64,000 nucleotides of DNA from an uncultured Flavobacteriaceae bacterium (lineage in GTDB: Bacteria; Bacteroidota; Bacteroidia; Flavobacteriales; Flavobacteriaceae), in NCBI GenBank assembly GCA_963832255.1, contig CAWHTM010000008.1:9300-73299 (forward strand), given 5' to 3'. Each line of letters opens with the position of its first letter. Position 1 is the stretch's first letter. The notes beneath the pieces are model-generated. The model saw nothing but the letters and a program-made list of their open reading frames with translations. It was not told the origin of the DNA and searched no databases. Shown one piece after another: positions 53,701 through 64,000 of the stretch. Both the position numbers and the translations under genes were made by a program.

Positions 53701-56700
53701 CTCGTCCATATCGCTCGCACCGCTCATCGTTACCGTATGTACCAGATCGGTCCCCTCCAGTTCAGAGGCATCCGTGATCGTCGCGACCGTCACTATATCA
53801 TCATTGGTGATCGTTCCGGTGGCCACCGTGCCGTCCAGGTTGATCGTAAAGGTCTCATCATCCTCCTGGATCGCATCCTCGATCCCTGGGAAGGTCACCG
53901 TGAAGTCCTCCACACCGGCAGGTATCGTGACGGTCATCGTTACCGGATCGTAGGTCACTCCATTGGTGAAGACCGGAGTACCGTCATAATCATCGCCCTG
54001 TGTGGCAGTGATGTCCGTGATATCAAAAGGTATACCTGGTCCATATCACTTGTACCGCTCATATCTACCGTAAAGACGAGATCATCGCCCTCGGCAGCGG
54101 TCACATCGCCGATCGAAACAACCGTTACGTCATCGTCGTTCGTGATGGTCCCTGTGGCTGATTCAGTTCCTATAGTTAAGGTAAAGGTCTCATCATCCTC
54201 CTGGATCGCATCTTCCGTACTCGGGAAGGTAACGTCAAAAGCAGTTACGCCCGCAGGTACCGTGATGTTGCCACTTACGGGATCATAGGTCACCCCGTTC
54301 GTAAAGACCGGTGTGCCATCGTAATCCGTACCCAAGGTAGCAGTGATGTCCGTAAGGTCCAATGGATATTCTTCATCCATTGCGCTCTCACCGCTCATCG
54401 TTACATTGAACACCAGGTCGTCCCCTTCCTCAGAAGTGGCATCCGTGATGTCCTGTACCGTTACTTCATCATTATCCTCTATCGTTCCAGTGGCAGTCTC
54501 CGTGCCGATACTGATCGTGTACTGTTCGTTATCTTCATCCAACAGATCATCTGTCGTCGGGGTGTTCACCGTAAAGCCCGTTACCCCGGCAGGTACCGTG
54601 ATCGTACCATCGCCATTGTCCATCACCCCATTACTGAAGGTCGGCGGGAAGGTATAATCGGTAGCCTGGTCCGTCGTGTTATCCGTGAGGGTGAACGGAT
54701 AGGTCTCGTCCATATCGCTCGCACCGCTCATCGTTACCGTGTGTACCAGATCGGTCCCCTCCAGTTCAGAGGCATCCGTGATCGTTGCGACCGTCACTAT
54801 ATCATCATTGGTGATCGTTCCGGTGGCCACCGTGCCGTCCAGGTTGATCGTAAAGGTCTCATCATCCTCCTGTATCGCATCCTCGATCCCTGGGAAGGTC
54901 ACCGTGAAGTCCTCCACACCGGCAGGTATCGTGACGGTCATCGTTACCGGATCGTAGGTCACTCCATTGGTGAAGACCGGCGTACCGTCATAATCATCGC
55001 CCTGTGTGGCAGTGATGTCCGTGATATCAAAAGCGTACACCTGGTCCATATCACTGGTGCCGCTCATATCTACCGTAAAGACGAGATCATCGCCCTCGGC
55101 AGCGGTCACATCGCCGATCGAAACAACCGTTACGTCATCGTCGTTCGTGATGGTCCCTGTGGCTGATTCAGTTCCTATAGTTAAGGTAAAGGTCTCATCA
55201 TCCTCCTGGATCGCATCTTCCGTACTCGGGAAGGTAACATCAAAAGCCGTTACGCCCGCAGGTACCGTGATGTTGCCACTTACGGGATCATAGGTCACCC
55301 CGTTCGTAAAGACCGGTGTGCCATCGTAATCCGTACCCAAGGTAGCAGTGATGTCCGTAAGGTCCAATGGATATTCTTCATCCATTGCGCTCTCACCGCT
55401 CATCGTTACATTGAAAACCAGGTCGTCCCCTTCCTCAGAAGTGGCATCCGTGATGTCCTGTACCGTTACTTCATCATTATCCTCTATCGTTCCAGTGGCG
55501 GTCTCCGTGCCGATACTGATCGTATACTCTTCGTTATCTTCATCCAACAGATCATCTGTCGTCGGGGTGTTCACCGTAAAGCCCGTTACCCCGGCAGGTA
55601 CCGTGATCGTACCATCGCCATTGTCCATCACCCCATTACTGAAGGTCGGCGGGAAGGTATAATCGGTAGCCTGGTCCGTCGTGTTATCCGTGAGGGTGAA
55701 CGGATAGGTCTCGTCCATATCGCTCGCACCGCTCATCGTTACCGTGTGTACCAGATCGGTCCCCTCCAGTTCAGAGGCATCCGTGATCGTCGCGACCGTC
55801 ACTATATCATCATTGGTGATCGTTCCGGTGGCCACCGTGCCGTCCAGGTTGATCGTAAAGGTCTCATCATCCTCCTGTATCGCATCCTCGATCCCCGGGA
55901 AGGTCACCGTGAAGTCCTCCACACCAGCAGGTATCGTGACGGTCATCGTTACCGGATCGTACGTCACACCATTGGTGAAGACCGGAGTACCGTCATAATC
56001 ATCGCCCTGTGTGGCAGTGATGTCCGTGATATCAAAAGCGTACACCTGGTCCATATCACTGGTGCCGCTCATATCTACCGTAAAGACGAGATCATCGCCC
56101 TCGGCAGCGGTCACATCGCCGATCGAAACTACAGTAACAGTATCGTTATCAATAATCGTAGCAGTACCGGTTTGTGTCGCCACAGTGATACTATAGGTCT
56201 CATCGTTCTCGTCCAATAAATCATCTATCGTAGGATAGGTAACCGTAAATGTAGTCACACCAGCAGGTACTGTAATCGTACCATCACCATTTAAGACAAC
56301 CCCATCACTAAAAGTAGGAGCATTGGTGTAATCGCCAGGGGCGGTCGCCGTTCCATCTGCCAATACAAATGGATAGATCGTTGGTTGTGTCGTCGCAGCG
56401 CTCAGGGTCACTACTTGTGATAGCGGGGATCCCTCTTCAGCAGTACCGTCGGCCACCGTGGCTACCGTTGGATCCGCAGGATCGGTAATCGTTCCTGTTC
56501 CGGACACACCACCTACCGTTAAGGTAGTGGTCTCGCTTCCTTCATCTAAAGCATCTGTTTCTGTAGGATAGGTAACCGTAAATGTAGTCACACCAGCAGG
56601 TACCGTAATCGTACCATCACCATTTAAGACAACCCCATCACTAAAAGTAGGAGCATTGGTGTAATCGCCAGGGGCGATCGCCGTTCCATCTGCCAATACA

Positions 56701-59700
56701 AATGGATAGATCGTTGGTTGTGTCGTCGCAGCGCTCAGGGTCACTACTTGTGATAGCGGGGATCCCTCTTCAGCAGTACCGTCGGCCACCGTGGCTACCG
56801 TAGGATCTGCAGGATCGGTGATCGTTCCTGTTCCGGACACACCACCTACCGTTAAGGTAGTGGTCTCACTTCCTTCATCTAAAGCATCTGTTTCTGTAGG
56901 GTAGGTAACCGTAAACGTAGTCACACCGGCAGGTACGGTGATCGTACCATCACCATTTAAGACAACCCCATCACTAAAAGTAGGAGCATTGGTGTAATCG
57001 CCAGGGGCGATCGCCGTTCCATCTGCCAATACAAATGGATAGATCGTTGGTTGTGTCGTCGCAGCGCTCAAGGTCACTACTTGCGACAATGGAGATCCCT
57101 CTTCAGCAGTACCATCACGGACAATTGCTACAGTAGGATCTGCAGGATCAGTAATTGTTCCTGTTGCTGATTGTGAACCAATAGCTAGATCGTAAAATTC
57201 ACTTTCTTCGTCTAAGGCGTCGGCCAACGATGGAACTGTAACACTAAAATCTGTCACCCCAGCAGGAACAGTTATTGTATTTCCAGCAGCATTGATCGTT
57301 ACTCCGTTGTCAAATTGAGCATTGGTGGGGAATGTATAATCTGTATCTTCCGTAGTATTATTAGTAATTGAAAATGAATACGTTTCGACAGAATCACTTT
57401 CGGTAACTTCTACATTATGAACAAGTGCAACACCTTCTACGGCTGTGTCTGAACTTACAGTTAAAACTAATGGGACGTCATTGTCAATTATTGTGACCGT
57501 ACCGCTAGCATTAGAATTTGTAGTAGTTCCGCTTGTCACGACACCATTTACCGTAAATATTTCATCATCTTCAACTATCGCATCATCATTGATTGTCACA
57601 GAAACATTTAGAGTGGTTTCCCCAGCAGGTATTGTAACGGTTGTGGTCAACTCTGTAAAATCTGCGGCTCCCGCGGTTCCGGTGGTCGTAGTAATATTTA
57701 TAACGGTATCAGTGCTGCTTGGATTACTTATAGTTACTGGCACGGTCGCTGTGTCACCATTTTCAATTATAGAAACACTTCCTATAGTAAACACTGCTGT
57801 ATCGTTATCTGTAATAATAACCGTCCCAGAAGGATCTGTATTTTGCGTATTATTTGATGTGACAATGCCAGATACTGTAAAATCTTCTGCGCCTTCCACA
57901 ATATTATCATCAATTGTAGGTATAGTGAATGAGACACTTGTGGATCCTGCAGGTATTGTTACTGTTGTCATTGTAGGAGCTCCATAGTCTCCTGCTGTCG
58001 CAGTATTTGGAACAAGGGTTATGCTAACCACTGTATCTACTGAACTTGCAGAATCTAGAGAAACTGTAATAGAGGCAGCGTCTCCTTCATCTACAGTGTC
58101 GTCGCTTATGGTAATAATAGGCTGTCTGAAACCATTATTTTGCTCAAATGTATTATTTCCTGAAGTAACAACAACGTCATTAGTTGGGTCTGTAGTTCCC
58201 GCTGTAGGTAAGGCTCCCAGTGGTAAATCTGCGTTTTGGATATCGACATCTGTTGGTCCAGGAATTACGTTTGCATTAAAATCTCCATCAACGTTTGTTA
58301 CTACTATTTGGGTATCACCATTTGAATTTGTTATTAATACATTAACGCCCTGTAAACTTGGCTCACCAACATCTTGAGTACCATTATTATTGAGGTCATT
58401 ATATACACTTCCGCTAATAGATCCACTAGGGATTGGAGTTACCGTAGGGTCATCTTCGTTATCATCTACAGGTGGTGTGTCATTAATTCCATCATCAGAG
58501 AGGTCCGTAATGGCATCACCATTATCATCAAAACCATTTGTGGTTGCTTGGTTGGTAATGCTACCGGCAGCAACATCAGGTATAGTGACTGTATACGTTG
58601 CTGTGTAGATAATTGAATCTCCTGGTCTCAAATCGTTAGTTGATCCACCGCCATCTTCATCTGTCCCTCCAGAACTGTACGTTGGCACTGGATCTGTTCC
58701 TGTCCCTGTAAAAGTCGCAGGATTCTCGTTTACTGTAATATTAAATGCAAAGGAATTTCCTGTATTGGTTACTGTATACGTGTACACTAGTGTTCCAGCA
58801 GCTACATTATATACTCCTGTTTTTACAAGCTCTAAGCTTGTAGCACATCCTAGACTTACGGTATCATCTTGGAAATCATAGATTCCATTTCCATCTGAAT
58901 CTCTAGGAGCGGTATATCCTTCACCACTTTCTCCAGAAGTAACCAATCCATTTCCATCGACTGTAGCTGGAGAAGTATTCCCGAGTTCTCCGTCTTCGTC
59001 CGCTTTCGCGAAAGCGTCAATAAAACCAGCTTCCACAGTATCATTACATCCATCGTTATCAGAATCTGTATCCAAATAATCTGGAATAGTATCACCGTCG
59101 GTATCAATAGCATTGATAAAAACGTGACTTGGGTCATCATATAAATTTATACGACACTCATCAAATCTTAATGAATAATAACGGTCGACTTGTGCATTTG
59201 TTCTTTTATTAGCCCCTATAGTGAAGTTAAATGTATTTGTCTCTGTCTTTTGGAAAAATACTCTCCAAGGATTTCCTAAATCTATAGGCTCGACAGGTGC
59301 ACTACCACTACCATCTGCAATAAATTGAACGATCCCTCCGTCAAGTTGCTGAGCAATCACTCTGGTTGGATTTCCTATGGAATATCCTGAAATATTTTGC
59401 ACTCTATAGAACTCTCGTACAGAACTAGTTTCTGGTCCACCAGCTGAACCACTATCTATATCTTGTATAAAACCACCGATACGATTTACTTGTGCGTCAA
59501 CATTTCCTCCATCTTCCACTAATCTAAAGTTAAAAACAGCTGTTCTATCTCCAGTTGTGTTAGAGTTATAACGTATCCTTGGTTGAAACGCTTCTGGTTG
59601 TGCTGTTCCCTCATCAACGTTTGCAACACGAGCACCACTACTTATAGAAGTAAGAGTTACGATGGCGTCTACGACACCTCCGTTTGCATCAAAACCAACA

Positions 59701-62700
59701 TTTTCGAATCTCCAAATTGAATTTACAAATCCTTCTCCTCCAGTTCCTGAGCCAGCTTGATACGTTCGTGTAGTAAATGAATATGAGGTACCTGTACACC
59801 CTGCGCCGGTGCCCGCGTCTCCTTCATAAAATCCATAACCTTCTGTAATGTCACTTATACCATCATTATCGTCATCACGGTCTTCATTATTATTTACACC
59901 ATCTCCATCTGAATCTGCGTTTGTCGTCCTATCTCTAAAATCTACATTCCCACCATCATTAAGATCTCCATTTCCATTAGGTCCATCGGTGTCTGGTAAA
60001 TTTGCTGTATTATTAATTGTTCCGTTAGGATCTGCATAATTAGGACGTCCTGCAATTTGCGCATCTGTCTCATCTACAGCATCATCTAGGCCATCTCCAT
60101 CAGTATCGTTTCCAGTGAGTGCTAATTCCCGCCTCTACCGTATCGTTCCCATTAGTATCGTTATCCGAATTTAAATCCAGATAATCTGGTTGATCTACTA
60201 TATCTGTATTTACAGGAAATAACCCTAATTCTTCACCTTGCGCATTGACATAACTCGTAGGTAATCCGCTTGCCGTCACATTAGGGATTCCATCATTTGC
60301 GGTGCTTCCGTCAGACCCATCGTCTAATGGTGGTGTGTATCCTAAGGTTGATTGTGCTTCGTTATTATCTGGAATACCGTCGCCATCGGAGTCTAAGTCT
60401 AAATGATTTGGAATTCCGTCATTATCTGGATCTAAGTTAGCACATACTCCATCTGCATTGAGCGTACAGAAATCTGCGTCTTTATAATTTGGAATACCAT
60501 CTAATCATCATCTGCTGAGGGATCAATACCACCAGACTCTACGGTATCTAAAATACCATCATTATCATCATCTATATCTACTTGATCAAATACACCATCT
60601 GAGTCAGTGTCCATATCCATAAATGTATCACAGGCATCTGCAATACCGTCCCCGTCTGCGTCTGGCCCAGCGGTGATGACAGCACTATTTGTCGCTTGTG
60701 GACTTCCTGTATTCGTAGGTACACCGTTCGGTCCATCTACGCTTCCTTCATCATCATCTGCAAGGTTATTTGAACTGGTTAGGTCTGAATTTGTAAACGG
60801 TCCATCACCCTCTACAGCATCTGGACAACCGTCATTATCGCTATCTGTATCTAAGTAGTCTGAAAAACCATCACCATCAGAATCACAGGGAACCCCGGCT
60901 ATTGATACCGTAGGCCCTGGATCTGAAAAAACAGCATCATTAAAAGAATATCCAGGTGTTCCTGTGCGCTTTCTTACCGTAAATAGGACATTTGTTGCTT
61001 CTAAGAGATCAATTCTAGCCCAGTTTTCTTGTGCATCTGTTCCATCGTCAGGAATGGTATTTGAAAAACGTACTACATCTCCTACTTCACCAAAGAAGGT
61101 TGTAGTAGTTTGAAGTACATTAATATTAGATGTAGGCGCACCAGATAATGTGTAGGTTCCTACAGCACTTGTGTTAAATTCTACCCCTTCATTATCGTTA
61201 TCAATATCAATGAAGGTTAATTTTACGGGCACCTCTATGGGTGTTCCATCGGAAGTTCTTGTAAAGTCCATCCTAAACTCGACAGCTCCATCTGCAAGAT
61301 CTACACCGCCAATTGGAAACAATACTATAGGAAAATAATCTCCTGCTGCACTCAATACTCCCTGAATATTGACATCGATATCGTCAGGATCACTATTTCT
61401 TACAACCGTAAGCGTTAAATCTACAGACTGACCCTGATAGACCGCTGCATTAGTATAGGTTGCAAAATCGCCAACATCGCCAGGCAGTGGCGAAGAGGTG
61501 TCTGTCGTAACATTATCTGCTCCTATAGAAATTGCGATAGGAGTTTGTGGCAAATCTGTACATTCATCTACGTCTAAAATACCGTCATTATCATCATCAT
61601 CATCGCAACCGTCTGGAACTGTATCCCCATCATTATCTACAAAATCATTAAATCCAGGACAAATATCATCTGCATCTATTACCCCATCGCCATCAGAATC
61701 CGTGATGACAGCAATTGTTGCTGTTGCAGATTCACAGTTAGTCGGTGTTGCAGCCTCACAAATTCTATACGTTATCATATAGATACCGCTGGGAGTTCCA
61801 GCTGGCACTGTAATAGTTCCATTAGGGTTTATAGAAGCACCGGTTAACCCTCCATTGTCTTCTATAGTAGCGGTTACTTCATTATTGGCAAAAGGATTTC
61901 CATCAAGAGTATCATTTAAAAAAACAGAATCTGTTCTCCTATCAAATACCCCATTCACTGGTGTTCCCGTAAAGTCGTCATCATTTGCAAGAATTTCACT
62001 CGCAACAAATTGAACCCCTCCGTCATTATCTACAATTCCTCCTCCAGGGAATGCATCCATTCCTCCGTCTGCATTCCCCGTATTTTGCGGATTTAATGTC
62101 CAGTCTGTAGAAGTAGCATCATTAGGTAATAATACGTATCCATACACAATCTGATTAGGATTTACTCCTAGGTCTGCAAGCGTAATTACAGTCCCTCGTA
62201 CTTGCTGCGGCCCACCATTTTCTGCTGGTCTTAAATCTACATCTGCATCTTGCTTTTGAAAAATTAGATAATTAACCTCTTTTAAATTTGCAGTACCCCA
62301 AGTAGCAGCGTTACCTGCAATATTTACAATACCGCCAAAAGCTGTGGGATTCCCTGCTGCATCGATATTTGTAACAATGGCGATCCTAAATGGATCATTT
62401 CCATTACGTTCAAAAATTGGAAAACCTGCATTAGCGGGAGTTGCTGTTCTAAAACCACGAGCGTTTACATAATCAAAACGTTCAATATTATTACTTTGGG
62501 CAGAGCCTTGATTCACGAAGGTATTATCTGATCCAATATTTAATTTAAAACCCCTAAAAGACTCTTCGACTGATGGCGTATAAGACGGCCTGAGTACTCT
62601 TGTATTTCCTGTTGCAGATTCTGTTTCGAACCACAGAATTTGCCTGTTAGTATTCCCGTTTACTGCACCGTTTCTTCTAACAAAAAAATCTGTAACAAGT

Positions 62701-62999
62701 CCAGTTATATTCCAAGTCACTCCTCCCGCGACAAGATTTGTTCCTAATACAAAGTCGTTATCTGTGGTTGTAGTAGAAGAAAATTCTAAATCAAATATAG
62801 TCCCAGCAGGGTAATTAGCATTAGAGCCGTTTCCTGGAATACTATAATTATTAGAAGCATCATTTACATCTATATAACCAGCCGTAGGTAAGGCAGTTAT
62901 AGGTTGCTGTGAAAAAACAGCGGAAGATGAAATAACAAGAAGAAGAGAAAAAATAAACTGGAACCCAGTAATATTAAAAGTAATTTTTTTCATATACAT
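44772..62999 (-). CDS. Giant (~6,070 aa) T9SS type-B CTD surface protein/adhesin, interrupted by four 1-nt indels
   Basis: Signal peptide, DxDxDG Ca-binding repeats, Calx-beta-like repeats, SdrD-B-like repeats, DUF11-like domains, C-terminal IFNRWG...GTYYW..GYLYI. Frame breaks near 60503, 60126, 54030 and 50837. Confidence 0.85.
47420..50990. repeat. Intragenic tandem array, 1008-bp unit (three ~112-aa domains), ~3.5 copies
   Basis: Near-identical shadow ORFs recur at 47968, 48976 and 49984. Confidence 0.9.
52715..56130. repeat. Intragenic tandem array, 1005-bp unit, ~3.4 copies
   Basis: Shadow ORFs at 53339, 54343 and 55348 (spacings 1004 and 1005; the 1004 marks the indel). Confidence 0.9.
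56230..57150. repeat. Intragenic tandem array, 333-bp unit, ~3 copies
   Basis: GGTAACCGTA recurs at 56238, 56571 and 56904. Confidence 0.88.
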
Positions 63000-63282
63000 A
63001 ATACGTTATTCAAAGAATTTAAGACAAATCTTCAAAAGGGGGTTATTCACAAATAATGTAAAAATACAACAGTTCAAAGATAAGAATTAATATAATGATC
63101 AACATCTATGATGTAATCGATAAAATACAGTTTTTATACGTTTAACTGTCAAATATCAAGGTTTTATCTTTTTTATTTGCCAGAATTATACGATTTTATT
63201 AGTATATACGAAAATACGCTGTTTCTGGTTTCTAATTTATATTCATAAAGAATCGGGTAAGAAATTGTTGAAAACTTCTATT

Positions 63283-63840
63283 TTACATCCAGACCACCTT
63301 AGATTCAAAATCAGTTCGTTTTCTCTCCACATCCTCTTGTATCTCATAGTTTCCGAGGAAGAAAAAACCAAGACATTTCTCTCCATTTTCAAGATTTAAA
63401 AACTCATCCATTTCTGAGATATAGGAGGGAGAACTCCAGTAACCACCAAGGTTTAATTCTGTAGCCTTCAACCAGAGGTTTTGAACGGCCATTGCTGTTG
63501 CAGCAATTTCTTCCCATTCTGGAACCCTTTCTTTAGGATCGCGCTGCATACAGATGGCAATTACCGCGGCAGATACAGTAGTCTTATGCTGTATTTTACC
63601 TTGTTTAAATTTAGAAAATTTTTCTACCGGTGTTACTTTCTCATAAATTTCAGAAAGAAATAGCCCTAACCCATCTTTACTCCCTCCCTCAAAAACCTTA
63701 AAACGCCAAGGTTCTGTCTTTTTATGGGATGGAGCATAATTTGCCACTTCTAGTAATTTTTTGATCGTCTCTCTGTCAATAGGCTTCTCATTAAACTGGT
63801 CCGGGTAGATAGATTTTCTCTTTTTAAAAATATCATTCAT
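63283..63840 (-). CDS. Nitroreductase family protein
   Basis: RKSIY, APSHKKTEPWRF, AVQNLWL and GGYWSS motifs. Confidence 0.9.
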   Translation of the reverse strand: MNDIFKKRKSIYPDQFNEKPIDRETIKKLLEVANYAPSHKKTEPWRFKVFEGGSKDGLGLFLSEIYEKVTPVEKFSKFKQGKIQHKTTVSAAVIAICMQRDPKERVPEWEEIAATAMAVQNLWLKATELNLGGYWSSPSYISEMDEFLNLENGEKCLGFFFLGNYEIQEDVERKRTDFESKVVWM

Positions 63841-64000
63841 TGCATTATGTTTTAAATACTTTAAATTAGACTTTCTAAGGTACTTTAAAATTAAAAATGA
63901 AACCTAGGTTGATTGTAAAAAATAAATGCGTCCCATATCACGAGACGCATTCACTTTTTTCCGATATATTATTGATACCGATGAAATATATATTTTCTAT

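Noticed and set aside
47420-57150. Tandem arrays considered as CRISPR or as a diversity-generating/shufflon system
   Set aside because: Units are 333-1008 bp in-frame protein domains with no spacers; no cas, reverse transcriptase or invertase gene is nearby.
46437-61782. Many recurring + strand ORFs of 60-180 aa
   Set aside because: Antisense shadows of the repetitive adhesin; they recur only because the repeats do.

Overview
Chromosomal window from a Flavobacteriaceae (Bacteroidota) genome, inferred from T9SS PorP/PorE genes, TAnnTTTG promoters and gene content. Bases 1-~6400 are the end of an integrative element. They carry a czcA/cusA efflux gene with a candidate metal-sensing leader ORF, DUF932, a 53-aa ORF and ParB. 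Two copies of a ~145-nt hairpin repeat have the geometry of a single-stranded-DNA promoter. The element appears to have split the host tRNA-Leu(TAG) just after the anticodon loop and supplies a complete, diverged replacement tRNA-Leu(TAG). Bases 6.5-41.7 kb are mostly ordinary host genes: M20 dipeptidase, BlaI/BlaR1, MscS, icd, hydroxyproline epimerase plus D-amino-acid dehydrogenase, MutS-like, cyclase, hemW, dinB, LytS/LytTR, trxA and a decayed thiE-like gene. Bases 41.7-63.0 kb are a T9SS locus: a ~6,000-aa repetitive adhesin with a type-B CTD (broken by four 1-nt indels, probably assembly errors), PorP/SprF and a PorE-like OmpA protein. The palindrome TTTCGCGAAA occurs 13 times in host DNA, inside and between genes. 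All calls come from reading the sequence; no database searches were run.
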